A stretch of 62,438 nt of DNA, filler included. It is 13 parts of 13 records of this genome, joined end to end, with 100 filler letters (N's around TTAATTAATTAA, not from the genome) between each part and the next. Parts side by side here need not be neighbours in the genome. Positions count along the whole stretch, not along the records: positions 1 to 7,651 come from SRR15195285_6875; positions 7,752 to 12,905 come from SRR15195285_6878; positions 13,006 to 18,402 come from SRR15195285_6887; 10 more parts are not named here. One strand, written 5' to 3'. Position 1 is the first letter of the stretch. Every line of letters starts with the position of its first letter. The position numbers and the translations under genes are program-made. Below the pieces are notes generated by a model. The model worked only from the letters and a program-made list of their open reading frames with translations, was not told the DNA's origin and searched no databases. Shown here piece after piece: positions 1-13,017 of the stretch.

Positions 1-606
1 GTGGGTACTGGACCACAGTGTGGACACGGCTCTTGTGTGGAAGATGCTTCTGGTTCGTCTTCCTGTGCCTGCTTGTTCGGCTGGAGTGGGGACGCATGCA
101 ATGAGGCAATACTTGGTCATTGTCAAGGTACTGCAGCCAGTGCTGGCTTCCTCCAAGATGTGTTCGACAGTGGAGACGTTCGTGGTTGGTCCAGCAACAT
201 CGGTGATAGTCTGAGGACGACGCACTGTGGCATCCTTGGCGAGTTGCTCGGGGGTTTCGGCGTGCTAGGCTCCGGTGACTGGCTGCAAAAGACGTATACG
301 GGTCTTCCCACACACAGATCGGCGTCAATACAGCTTGTGTTTGTCAAGGTTGACTCGTGGGATGGCGAGGAAGGGCTCGTGCTTGTGGACGATCGAGAAC
401 TCTGGTCTCGTGCTTTTTCTGTACGCGAAGGCTCTCAGCACTGTGGTGGAGAATCGGGCTGGCACGAGAGAGACTACCAGATCGGCCCACTGAATATCGA
501 CCATGTGGCGCTAAGCCTCACGTTGCGAGTAACGGCTACAATTGACCAGCACGCAGAGGACGAAAGTTTCGGCATCTCAGACGTTATCATCGAGCTCTTG
601 TGCTGA
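1..606 (+). CDS. C-terminal part (5'-truncated) of an extracellular protein: EGF-like domain plus an uncharacterised beta-rich domain
   Basis: CGHGSC...CACLFGWSGDAC has EGF cysteine spacing; it is followed by a domain with LLGGFG, VDSWDGE and DESFGISDV motifs; stop at 604-606. Confidence 0.7.
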   Translation: MGTGPQCGHGSCVEDASGSSSCACLFGWSGDACNEAILGHCQGTAASAGFLQDVFDSGDVRGWSSNIGDSLRTTHCGILGELLGGFGVLGSGDWLQKTYTGLPTHRSASIQLVFVKVDSWDGEEGLVLVDDRELWSRAFSVREGSQHCGGESGWHERDYQIGPLNIDHVALSLTLRVTATIDQHAEDESFGISDVIIELLC

Positions 607-866
607 GCGCACGGGATGGATACCTGGGGAGCATAACTTTAGGATGCTTGCGTAATTGCCATGTAGCGGCATAATGAACTTTTTGAATAGACCTGCTTGT
701 AGACCAAGAGATTCGTATGCAGCGCAGTGCAATGCGTCGCAAGCTGAGGGACGTGATGGATTCAAAAGTCAAACCCATCCGTCCAAAATTGAAAATGTTC
801 TAGTCCAGATCAGCATTTACTTGTAGTTCAACCAGTGCAGAACGCTGCCACCAACAGTCGTCCGTC

Positions 867-3800
867 TCAGCCACCGGTCATCGCGTCTATCTTGGCAGAG
901 ATGACATGCGAGAGAATCAGCGGAAACATCAACGCGAGCATCGCGCAGCAGGCAGCCTGCGCAGGACACACCAAAGGGAAATCAAGTGCGGGATCACACA
1001 GCGCTTCAGTCAACGCCAGAATAATGTGCTGACGGGACAAATTACTGCGCAAGCAGAGTCTGCATATGCATCGAGTTCCCAAACGCACGCAGAGCAGAAG
1101 CTTCACCACGCCAGGGCCAACCAAACTCCTCAGCGCTGTGAGTGGGTTGGCTAGCGCTAGCATAGACGTCCTATCTGGCTCAGGCAAACTCGGATACTGG
1201 TTTGGATCACTACGTCCATCGCCCGCAGGACGCTTCACGGCCAACTCAACAGGCAACAACTCCATCGCCAGTTCCAGCTCACCACGATGTTCATCATTGT
1301 CATCATCTGACGCCATTGCGCCATTCCCAGGTGCCAGCAACTTCACCCAACGCACTGGAGGTTTCTCGCGTTCGCTGGCGTCATCAGCGCGGCCGCCACA
1401 GCCACAGCAGAAAAGGCCTTCAATCGACTCCACAAACCCTGCAGTGCCACTATTCGACTCCGGCCAGCGCACTGCCACCGCAGAGAGCTGGTTCTTTGGT
1501 GAGTACCTACAGCACCACTGTTCTGTCAGAATGATGCATATAGGTACTTGCACCGGGTGTCTTGATGATGATAGACTACGATGCTGATGAACGGTGGTTA
1601 GTTAGACGTCTTACTGGAGAAGAAGTTCACGCAGCTGTTCCACGTCAGAGCCCACTGGGACAGGCAGCTTAGCACCCAACCGACTGCTGGTAGCGGTATT
1701 GCTTTCCCTCCCAGCTTTGGTACCTTGGCCTGGGCGTTTCACGCGGATCTGATCGAGGCTCTCGTGCAGCTCTGTTTCGGTCATGTTCTGTACGGCTGCA
1801 CTGTACGATTTGTAGTCTCGATAGACTTTCAGCCCTTTCTTTAGCAATGACATACTCTTATGCCCCTTACCGGTAGGCGTGTGACCTCCATCCTGCGTTT
1901 TCTTAATCCTTCGTTTTAGCAGGCTAGGCTGCTCCAGCTGATTCAGATCCAGCGTGCAGGAGCCGATCAAATCGGACGGTCCGAGAACATCTTTGTCCCA
2001 GAGTTTGAACGTTAAGCGCGTCGGCTCCGCAAGCGGAAGTCTGAGCTGATATCGAAAACGCCAGTTGAATACCCCCTGTCCTTTCTCGGCACGCCAGTGT
2101 GTGTCCGTCTCCAGCTCGGAGTCCGTCACTCTGCATAAACAAACGGTGCATTTCACGTGAATACAGGCTCATGACAACTGATCTCACTGTACATGCATAG
2201 GATGGGATTTTTTCCAATTCTGACCTTCCGTTGGTATCGACTGTTGTCAGCGTGGCCGTTACATAGGCATCGTTCGTGCCAGACGAGGGGTCCATGATGG
2301 GAACCTTACGCGTCCTGTAGAGGATCGCACGAAGCTCGAAGTCTTCTGGTGGTGCCATCGCTATATCAACAGGTGTGTGAGCACGTGCCTCTGCCTTGGG
2401 AAGCACGTCAACCCAGCACTGCACCCTCCCACGCGACTTGAACGAACCATTGTCACGCAAGGTGCGCGTCTCTATCGGCCAGCAACACTGAGGTGGCCCG
2501 CTGCTACCGATCCCTCCACTTACCTTTTGTGACAGCGCGCGCCACTCCGGGCTGAAATATCTATCCTCAAGATCAATCGTTGTAGAACCGATCAGGTCGT
2601 CTTTCCCAACCAGATCCCAATCATATATCGCGAGCTGCAACTGCGTTGGTCCAGGCAGCAGGGTTTCAAATTGGAAACAGTGCCCAAAGTAGGGCTTGAG
2701 TGTGCCTTTGATTGCTTCGTCTCGACATGAAAACTCAGTATCACCAAGCCGAGCGCAGAGGTACGGGTCGCTGCTGTTGCCACCATCCAGTGCCGCGAGA
2801 CCTTCTGCCTTGATTACATATAGTCGCACCGTCACTGCTTTGGGTCGAATGAGTTCCTTGACGTCGATGGGAAACGGAACCTGCTCCGGGGGCACATGCT
2901 GTGAGACGCGAGCAGGCTTGGATGGTATTCGAATAGCAATGAGGTACAGAGGACGCACAGGTGGCTGTGCCCCCTGACTGTGGTCTACTATCCGGACAAA
3001 TCCTTTTACTCGACCAAACTTCGGTTGATTAGTGACCAAATTGCTGGTAAGTGCCGTAGACTCTTTGGTGTCGCGAGCGAGTCTCCTACGTAGGCGTGCA
3101 CAACAAAACCTTTCATGACAAGAAATTCAAAACGCACCTTATGTGCTACATTTGCTAGGGATAATTTTGTAGTGGGTTTACGCGCACCACTCTTCAAACG
3201 GCCGGTACACCGTGGTGCCTGCTGCTGATGGATTTTCAAATAGCCAGTCTTCGAGCTCATCAGAAATGACATGGCGGCCGCGCAACCATACTGGAGTGTC
3301 GTCTACCTCGTCACCAGCTGTGTGCTGTACTGGGTCATCGTCACTGTCGCTGTTGCTGTCGCTGGCACTGTCACTACGACTGCTGTTGTCGTCAATGTCA
3401 ATAACCATTGAGTCACGTGACACGGAGCCAAACTTTTGTGACTTGTGACTTGTTCCTGGTGATAGACCTCGTCGACTCCGCGCAGACTCAAGGCCGTAGA
3501 CGCGGTCGGTACCGTCGGCATCAGATTCTCCTACTGCCAATGGTCCACTCAGCATCGACTCGTATTCATTTACATCCATTGACTCACGAGGAACCATAGA
3601 ACCGGCTTCACTGCCGATGCCTCGGCGTTTCTCCGCCGATGATGGTGTCAGTGACGCTCCAGCAACTGCAGCTGCACGCTCAAGACTCTGGCGCTGCGCA
3701 CGCATGTAATTGGAAGGTATCCATGGCAAATATTTCCGCAACGGGATCGTCGTTGTACCGAGCAGCGCCGAGGATGTCCTCAAAAATTTACCTCCAAACC

Positions 3801-6800
3801 GTGGATCGCGCACTGCCAGCTCGAGAACAGGCCCATAAAGGGCATCTTCTGGCACAGCGATGCGCTTCTTGATGACTTCACAGAAGTTCGGTGCTATCAC
3901 AGTAGGTGTGTTGCTCTTGCTTGTAGCTGTCTTCTCCGCGCCTGTGGCGTCAGTTGAGAAGAAGGAAATTTCAACGTATGGACTGCCTGGTGGCACAAAC
4001 GAAAGTGGTTTGAGCGAGCGACAACCGAGGACGAAGAACTCCAGGGTGCAGTCCCTGGTTTTTGGCACAAGCTGAGGCACATACGGTGCATCTCCTGGCA
4101 TGGGAGGTATATCTTGGGTATCCATGTTCCGCAGTGGGCCGATCAGCTGAAACGCTAGAAGCACCTGGCCTAGATCACTGCCCGTGTCATTATCAATAAT
4201 GCGATGCCACCGCGGTCTTTTTGGCATGTGAGTGCCACCCATATCCTGCAAGTCCACTGTCAGCCGACCAATGAAGTCATCTGCATCCGTGTCCTCGTCG
4301 AAAAGCTGAATCAGCAGCTGAGGTGCAAGGCCACGCTCGATACGCTCTCGTGCAGGCAACATCACATGGAACTGCAGCGTTTCATACCACTGTGGATTGA
4401 GGTTTTGAGGCTTGGTTGCTGTGCGCGCTTCCTGCCCAGCAATCGAAGCCTTGAGATACGGGTCGGAACTGTGCGTGTCAGTATCTTTCACGGGCAGGCC
4501 CCGCGCCTGATGCACGTGGACCCGGACTTCATACTCATATTCTTTCGGCTTCGTCAATGGCGTACGTCGTGCACGTGGTGCAGCTACAGTTCCTGAGCGC
4601 GCTGGGCTACCGGAGCGGCTGCTACCGAAGCCTTTTCGTAACCCTGGTGTTCCTCTGGTCGGAGGGAAAAAATGATTCTGTGCGCGCCTGAGAACATCTT
4701 GCTCCTCCTCGAGAATGCCCAGGGTCTCCACGTATTGCGCCATCTGTGACTTTGCTTTACGATCGGCGGGCGAGTACTGCAAGGCGAAATGCAATATTCC
4801 TGTGATGCAAACCACATAGGTTGAGATATTTCAAACCGAAGAGAACAAATAGTCACGGTGAAGACAAAGGGCTGCAAATGAACTCTCCATGGAGTCACAT
4901 ACCATGGCTTTTTCGGTCATCGTCACCGTAGATATCTAGGGCGTCGTGGACTCGTGGCTCCTCCTTCATGTCTTTGCAGTCGTTCCCAATACTGCTCAGA
5001 TCGATAGTGCGCTGCCCAATCAGATCATCCTTGCTCATCAACTCCTTGTCCCAGCATGACATCCGCATATGGGTGTCCTCATCTCTGAGCTCAAATTCAA
5101 GCTTGTGGTCCCAAACGGGGCTAGTGCCTCCGCCTTTGTGAACCGGAGTGTCCTGACTAAGGATTCGTGTAGCCTTGGAAGCGTCCTGTAAGTCGTTACG
5201 TGAGCCAATCTGGATGCGGCAGTACGGATCCATCGACTGAAACATTTCAACATCCTTCAGATTCATCGCCTTCTTGACTCGCACGAACAGACGTGGAGTA
5301 GCCTTGGGAGTCAAGCGTTTCATCGCCTTCTGTGTCTTGAGAACTTTGCTCTTCACTTCGCGCAGCTTGTCTTCGAAATCGCTCCGGCTCATGCCTTCAA
5401 ACGCGTCCCATTCCACTTCAGGCTCATCCGTGACAGCGGCGAAGTCATCGGCACCTGCGCCATTTGCAGCCGCGGACACTCCAGTGTGCGGCGTAGCAAT
5501 GTCGCGAGACTGCATATCGTCCTGCGGCTCAATTGCCATGCACAGTAAAAGGCTACCGGGAAACTCGTGTGCTGTACACTTGCCAAAAACATCTCGTTGC
5601 AAGCTCCACCACTGTGATCCATCACCCATTTGCTCGCGGCTATCCCCGTCACCATATGCTAGGTCGTCCAAGGCGCCTGGACCGTGGAATAAACCATCCT
5701 GTGTTAACGCGAAACGACGGAAGCTTGCACGTTCACCCGCCACCTCGAGCTCGACGAATAGATCTGGCACTTGCGTCCAGTCGTTTGGGTAATGCATCTC
5801 TAGCTCTAGTTCCTCGTACCATTTCCCTCGACCGAACTCACCAACTTCTACCTCCTGGGTTGCATCGGAATACTCTCCGCAGCGTATCCGTACCTGCCAG
5901 TAGTGCAGCCAGGCAGAGCATTGGACAAAGAGGATAGCATCAGACGGAGCACACAAACTCTCAAACGAACTCAGCGTCACATGGGGCATATTTGAGTGCA
6001 CCACTGCGGAAAGCGAATCCGCAGTAAACAAGCGAAAATGGAGCCTATGTCTGGAAGCGAGTGTATGCAGAAGCTCGCCCACCGCCATCTTCGGGCTGCG
6101 AAGCATTCCACAGGCCTCAGTCGGTAGACCATTTCCTTCGAGGATCATGACCCGCAGAATGTACGCGATATTCGGCGGCGGTGACGCCTGCATCCAATAC
6201 GATACACATCAAAATCAGATTGCAGTCTTTCCTGCATGTTAATGGTGATGCTTACCGGACTGATGGGTCGATCACCCGGAAACGAGGGCGTCGGTTTCTC
6301 TACATTGCCATTCATCACGAGAGATATCAATGCGCGCCCTCGATAAGCCGAACCAGGCTCGAAGCCCAGGTTCATGCGCTCTGCTGGAGTTCTGCCTTCG
6401 TTTCTGGGGGGCCCACCCACACTGTGGCCCCCGGTGAGGGTACCGAAGACTCCACTGATCGCTGCCCCCGTTTGGCCTGTGCTGTCATTCTCTGGCGGTG
6501 AGCCGTACAGGTGAACCCAACACGGCTTGCGCCAGTAACGCGACCCTGTGATGTCACTAATGTGGACTACAACTGCCCCGATGCAATCATCAGAAAGTGT
6601 ATCGTGATCCCAGACGCTGATTCGCACCCGGTCGCTGGTGGGAGGCCCATTTTTGGGTACCATCACTGGCATGACAATCTGCTCGTTCCAGCTTGGACTA
6701 TCGTCGTTGTTCGCGTACTTGCACTTTACTTCGAGCCCACCATAGTCCACTTGCACATAGGGGTCTGGCGCCCCAGTCGACAGCACGCCACCGTCGGTGT

Positions 6801-7503
6801 TGGCTATGTACGCGCCCTCATAGCACGAGACAATCAGCTCCTGACCTTCCATTTCCACTGACGGGGCGACCATTGGATCGCGGAGTTCGTCGTCATGCGG
6901 CCCAGCTGGCTCTTCGGGAACATCGTCGCCGTCCTTGACGACAGTCAATGACACCTGCAGGTAACCCTGGATCCCGACATGCTCATCGTCTGTGTCGTCC
7001 ATCAGTGAAACCCAGCGACGAAACAGCCGGTGGCTTGGCGAATCCCAAACCTTGCCGAGATCAAGCTGAAACGAGCCAATCATGTCGTCTCCCAGCGCAT
7101 CAGCGTCCCAGACCTCCATCACGAAGTTGCTGGCGAGCATCTCGCCCGGCGTACTCACCTCGAAATCGAACGTGAGATTCTCCTCGAAGATCGGATTCAG
7201 AGTCTTTTGTCGAGTCTCCGTCATCAGCATCTCTCCAGTGCGCGACAGTGTACATTTCACCACTGGGTCCGACTCACCGCTGCTGTCCCGCGCCGCGAGC
7301 TGGTTGCCCTGGATAATGTGCGCGAAGAGCTGGTACCCACCCACGCCCGGCGGCTGCAGCTCCGTCTCTTCGCCTCGCGCTGCGGCCGCCACCGCTGGTG
7401 CTCCTCCACCCTCTGATGGAGCTCCGATAGTTCCAGGACTACCCGACGCATCCGCTTTCCCGGCAGCAACATCTCCGCCGCCGCCGCTCAGCCTCTTGAA
7501 CAT
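867..7503 (-). CDS. Ferlin (multi-C2, tail-anchored; no DysF domain seen), multi-exon
   Basis: Successive ORFs give at least 6 C2 domains (SDPVV, PDPYV, MDPYC, SDPYL twice, TDTHWR..GVFNWRF), ferlin motifs WVHLYGSP..AYRGRALISL, VPDLFVEL and AGDGRSDPNQYPSLPEPDR, and a C-terminal hydrophobic anchor. GT-AG introns include 6188-6255 and 957-1088. Start codon is tentative. Confidence 0.92.
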
Positions 7504-7622
7504 CTCACGCACCACTGCAGGTCATCCTCAACGCAGGCCGCAGCGATGAGCCGCCGTCGCCGCCGCCGCCTCAAAGCCGGCGCAGCGCGATCTTCGCCGC
7601 TGATCAGCAGCTCGATAGCTTC

Positions 7623-7651
7623 CACCAGCACCAGCACCAGCACCAGCACCA
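7623..7651. repeat. (CACCAG)n microsatellite at contig end
   Basis: About 5 hexamer copies directly before the N spacer. Confidence 0.9.
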
Positions 7652-7751
7652 NNNNNNNNNNNNNNNNNNNNNNNNNNNNNNNNNNNNNNNNNNNNTTAAT
7701 TAATTAANNNNNNNNNNNNNNNNNNNNNNNNNNNNNNNNNNNNNNNNNNNN
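7652..7751. other. Artificial contig spacer
   Basis: N44-TTAATTAATTAA-N44; stop codons in all six frames. Confidence 0.99.
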
Positions 7752-8188
7752 CATCTTCGATTAGAGTATTCCTCGAGGAAAGTAGAATCACCCACGGAGG
7801 GTTTTATGCCCCTGAATCGCCGCACCTCCACCCTCAGCATTCTTGATCAATTCCCCCATTCAACGATCCGCGAGTCAGTCGGGCCACAGTCACACAGTCA
7901 CCCGAGTCAGGTGGTCGGGAGTCAGGAGTCACACTTGAATGCAGACGTCAGGAGCTCAGGACGTCTCATCGGCGGGTAGATCTACTATGTAGAGTAGCAT
8001 CTTTCATCTACATACTAGTAGTCTGAATTGGGAACAGCGAGGTGAGCGCGTCGATGACGCCGCTGATGTGCGCTGGGCTGGGGCAGGTGAAGTAGACTGT
8101 CGTAGTGCGAGAGACAGAGAGAGCCGCCGCCGCCGGCGGCGGCGGCGGGACCGAGAGGACTGGGTGTGGTGGTGTGGCACGCACGGGC

Positions 8189-9287
8189 ATGGCGGCGCGC
8201 CCCGTAGGAGCGCAGGCGGAGCTCGATATTGAGGCGCGACTGCAGACCGCGCGGGAGCAGTTCCAGCAGCGGCTGGCACTGATCAAGCGCGACTTGCTAC
8301 TCGGGCAAGCCGAGCTTTCGTCGCAGGAGGCGCCGCCCGCGGGCCCGGTCGGCGATCCGTGGCCGGGAGACGCGCACCCTTCACGCGTGATCGACAGTAG
8401 CTCCTTCCAGGCCGGAGGTGGCGACGACGAACTGACGGCGCAGGTAAGGGCGTGGCCCCACTTGCGTGGCTGTGCGCCCGAAAGATTCGGGCGAAGGCAG
8501 AGACGCGTCACTCACTCTCGTCCCGTTGGCTTGTCCGCAGGCCGCACTTCTTCGTGGGTCTTTGGCGGGCTTCTTCGACGAGCTGTACCCACAGAGGGAG
8601 AGCAGCGGAGGTGCGGACGGTGAGGCGCGCCCAATGGACGCGCTGGACCAATCTCGGCTGGCTCGCGAGAGGGCGCTAGCCCATGTTCAGGCGCTGAAGC
8701 AGCAGGTATCCACGGCCATTGATGGTACTGCCGAGCACATGCAGGGCTCGCCGAGGGCCCGGCCGACTGTCATTAGCAACCTCGACTCCTCTGACGATAC
8801 GCAGGAGGAAGCCGGCCGTACGGCACGCAACATGCCCGTCCGACTGGGCCCGCCCGCGTCCAGAAAGGACGCAGCCAGCTATCAAATGCGCGCGCGTGAG
8901 CTGAACAAAGCGCGGGGGAGCGTGGCGTATACGTCCCAGCGTCAACGGTACGGCTCCGTGTCCGGGCTGACTGCGCGCAAACCCCGGGGCAGATATAGGG
9001 CCTCAGCGTGGGCTGCTTCCGGATCAGGTCGTTTCCCCCCCGGCAAACAAATGTCCGATCCCGGCGCTTACGATCCACCGGCTGGCATGCAACTGGATTC
9101 AAATGCCAAGTTCCCAGGCGGACAACCGCTGCCGACAGCAGCATTCGACTCAACGTCGAAACGATTCCCAGATCACGGCTCGATCTGGCGGCCCCCAAGC
9201 GACAACATCCCTGGCCCTGGGCGCTACGATCCCGTTGATGCCGATGACTGGATGCTCGATACTCGCCGGCCCTGCTACAATTTTTGA
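8189..9287 (+). CDS. Protein with C-terminal PG-rich (SHIPPO/STPG-type) repeats, probably axonemal
   Basis: SDPGAYDP and IPGPGRYDP repeats with an F..T.KRF spacer; a phase-0 intron at 8444-8540 (gtaagg..ccgcag) joins the two ORFs. Confidence 0.65.
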
Positions 9288-9384
9288 GTGCGAGACAATC
9301 TCATAGCAATTGTTATGATAAATATATTGATCCGATGCGCTATCACATCAACGTTTAACTAAGTGTGTGATTCAATCAAATCGG

Positions 9385-12300
9385 TTAGTCCTCTGCCAGC
9401 GCTCCAGCAACGGGGTTGCTAAATCTCTGCAGTCTAGCGTCAGGCCCTTGTAGCGCCGTCTGATGGGTATCTACTTCGCTCTCCTTAGCTGCCACGATGC
9501 GCTTGTGTTGACAGCACAAGTACTCCACAAATTCGGTGATGTGGACCTGGCCGTTGCACTCCTGCAAGTGCCAGTGCAGCTTGTAGTTCAAGTCTTCATC
9601 AAGACTAATATCAAGCAACTCAAGAACTCCATCCACCTGCACGACACTCAATTCAACGGTCGCGTCATGTCCACCACCGCGCGACCACCGAGTGCGCCCT
9701 GTTGGGCCTGCAACCCGGTGTGGGGCTGGCGACGCAGAGCGGAGCGTGCTAGTCAAGAACACTCACTTGTTCTGTTGAAATGAACCCGTGGCCGTACTGA
9801 TCGAACGCATGGATTCCCTCCATCCAGACGCGCATTTCAGCATGCCCAACGTGGTACTGCGCGCACAAAAGCTTCACGGCTTTGTACACCTGCTTGACCT
9901 CATCGTGAAGTTTAGATTCCGCTTGCATGGATGACTGCGCACAATCGGCAACAACAAAATCCATCGTCTGGTCAGTTCCCGTATTATGGAGCTGCGTTGG
10001 CTTGGACAATTTCAATTCAGTGTCCTTCTGTGAGATGCCCAGCCTCTCGTCTACGCTAGACTGTGTTAACATGCAACGCGACGACTGTTTACGAGGACCC
10101 TGCATACCGGGTAAATTTGACAAAATTCTCGACTCACAATTATCGTGCCGACAACTAGCTTGAGGATGATGAAGGTCACCAGTAGACGGAATGAGCAGAA
10201 GTATACGGGAGCTCCGATGGGCCACGGCTGATGTTCTGGGCACTTCTCTTGCATCCACTCCTGCCCGTGCTCTGCCACAAGGTCGTCTGCGTCGCAACCA
10301 CGCGAAACAGCAGCGCTCAGGATGCCAAACTGACTGGCGTTCAGGAGGAGAAGTATAGTGGCAGCGGCATACCGTATGGCGTTGTGTCGTTTCCCAGCTC
10401 AGGGACATCGAGGCAACAGCGATGTCCTTTCGTGTAGTAGTCGCGGCAGCCGTACATGTTCGTGTACATCATGTTGGGCCAGCTTCCCTCCGTTCCTACA
10501 CTAGTCAACGCCAACAACGCGGTGTCCAGACTCCCGAACCTGTAATCGTTTGCACCGAACATTTGCAACCCAACGATGCTGTAGAAATAAAGAACCAGTG
10601 CCAACAGCAGTATCACGAACCACAGCCCGGTCACGGCGTCAATGAGCCCATTCACTATCATCTGAAGTTGAGGCAGAGAATTGAACTCCTTTAGTACGCG
10701 GAATAGGCGGAGAACCCGAAGGATGAGCAAGCCTTGCGGTGTGATCGGAAGCCATGACATCAATACGATTGTCGAGTCGAAAAGCGTCCATGCGTCCGAA
10801 AACCAGGACCACTGTTGCCATGGATTCAAATAGGCGAACATTTTCACGACAACCTCGGCGGTGAAGATCAAGAGCAGTACCATGTTGACTACCTGCCAAA
10901 CCGGCTTGTTAGATTCGTCAATTAATTCGTGGTTTCGCACTGTAGTCTCCAGGCCCAAGACGGCCGCTTGAATCAGTATGCACCCAAGAATTACCCAGTG
11001 AAACGAGTCTTCGTTCGCAACTCTGTACGCAACCAACGACTTTTTCTTGTACCCCAACATCACACCAGTTACTGAGGCGCCTGCACCTGCGGCAGTGCCG
11101 GATCGTCGGTTCGGGACGCTGTAGAATTTTTCTCTGGTGAGGCGGCCAACCACAGCATCAGATGTGGCCACTGCGGTGCAGTATCGCTTCGAGCCATCGA
11201 TTTCGGCCTCTTGATCTGAGTCTGAACCATACGCATCGGTCACGTTCTCCAGCAATTCATCCATGTCGCCCATCAAAGCGCGCTCACCCAGCGTGGCACC
11301 CGCACCCATCCGAGCGACAACTTTGCCACCTGGCTGCTGAAGGACCACGCTGCCAGACAAGACAATGTACATTGACCTGGCTTTGGCTCCGTGTTCGTAC
11401 AACACCTCACCGGCCGCATACTGCTTTTGTTTGACGTATTTCGACACCTGCAGTAGTGCGTCCGAGCTAGGGCAGTTGACCTGAAACCATCGAATCGACT
11501 CCAACACCCTCGCAACTATCCGCAAGTCCGCCTGCGTTCTTTCTTTTGGCGGCGCAGTCATAACTTCAGCAGCGTCGGCTAGGAGTGTCACGTCTATTGC
11601 CATTTGCGCCATATGCTCCGTAAGCTTGTAGAATTTACTTGTCGGGGCGCAGGCTGCTCCACCCAATGATTCGGAATCTTCCCCTATTGAAATAGTCGCT
11701 TCGCCCTGAAACGCGTCACAACGCCTTACGCCAGGAAGGATAGCATCGTCCGCGTCCCAATCAAATACCTCGAGCCTAAGCTCTCCTCCGCCTGGAGGTA
11801 TCAAGATGATGCCAGACTCGTCCCACATCGGATTGACGCTGTTGTACACGATGTCGGTTTTGAAAATCTGCTCGTCATTCCAGAATGCGAGCACGTATGG
11901 ATCTCCAGGCTTCGGGTCCTGCGCAGTGCCGTCTGAAAGTGGCAAATCTTTCGCTTGGGTAACAAAAACTCTGCGGCGTCTGAGACCGTCAGGTTGATCA
12001 AGCGCACCAGTTTCTTCCAGTTTCACTTCAATCTTCCCTGAGATCGTCCACCACTTGGTCGAGTAACGTTGCACGGTATCCACTTCCTGCTCCATCCTGG
12101 CGGCGTTTCTGCGACGAAGCACCTGTTTGTGGGCGCCCTGCTGCCGTTTCAGGCGCAGCGCCTCGAACTTCTTCGCGTTGGTCTCCGCAAGAGCCTTTGA
12201 CATGGCTGTGGTGATCACGCCGAATAGCAGGCTGAGTGCGACAAAGCCGCAGACAATTTTGAATGTGATGAAGTAAAAGAGCACCGCTCCCCGTCTCATG

Positions 12301-12905
12301 ATATCCTCACTACCGACAATGCCAGTTAATCCCGGGTGTTCAACCTCCTCACAGTATTTTTGCTGAATCTGCGGTGTGCCGAGATTTGCTTTTTCGTCTA
12401 GGCAGCCGTACAGATTGATGAACAGTACGTCCTGCCAAGGCCCCATGGCCATACGAGCCATGGTCGTGAGAGCGTAGCCCATGTTAGAAAAGTGAAACTC
12501 GTCCGAGACACCGAACATGTGAATCCCCACCAGCCCGTAGACGTAAAAGATCACGCTGAACACCACCAAGATGAATATGAGCGAGTGCATACCATCTGCT
12601 AACCCAATCAAGACTGCCCTGATCTGATCGACCTCCATAAAAAGCTGCAAAACTTTAACCAGACGAACCATCCGCAAGACAACCATGTTCCCAATATCGT
12701 CCGAGGCAACCTGCTGCGCCACGCATATGACCACGACCACGAAGTCGAATATATTCCACCCTTGCAAGCCCGCAAGCCAGTAGCGGAGGTTGAACAGCCA
12801 CTGCATGTGGGCGTGCGGAGAGTATGGCGCCGTCCCTGGCAGAGCATTTATGTGAAGAAATCGCCACGGCCTCAAGCCCTGTGCCACTACTTTCAGCACT
12901 ACTTC
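9385..12905 (-). CDS. Voltage-gated cation channel-like protein: channel repeat - C2 - cNMP-binding domain - channel repeat - EF-hand-like tail (5'-truncated, multi-exon)
   Basis: S4 segments LRMVRLVKVLQ and LRVLRLFRVLK; pore regions MAMGPWQD and GTEGSWPN; C2 (GDPYV, NPMWDE, EVFDWD); cNMP domain (YIVLSGSV..GATLGERAL..RYCTAVA); FDQYGHGFISTE. Small 3' exons are joined by GT-AG introns. Confidence 0.85.
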
Positions 12906-13005
12906 NNNNNNNNNNNNNNNNNNNNNNNNNNNNNNNNNNNNNNNNNNNNTTAATTAATTAANNNNNNNNNNNNNNNNNNNNNNNNNNNNNNNNNNNNNNN
13001 NNNNN
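12906..13005. other. Artificial contig spacer
   Basis: N44-TTAATTAATTAA-N44. Confidence 0.99.
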
Positions 13006-13017
13006 CACCGTACCAAG

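Noticed and set aside
867-7503. Pseudogenes, frameshifting or stop-codon readthrough in the fragmented ORFs (ferlin, BCKDH, PRMT and others)
   Set aside because: The breaks I checked are explained by phase-compatible GT-AG introns.
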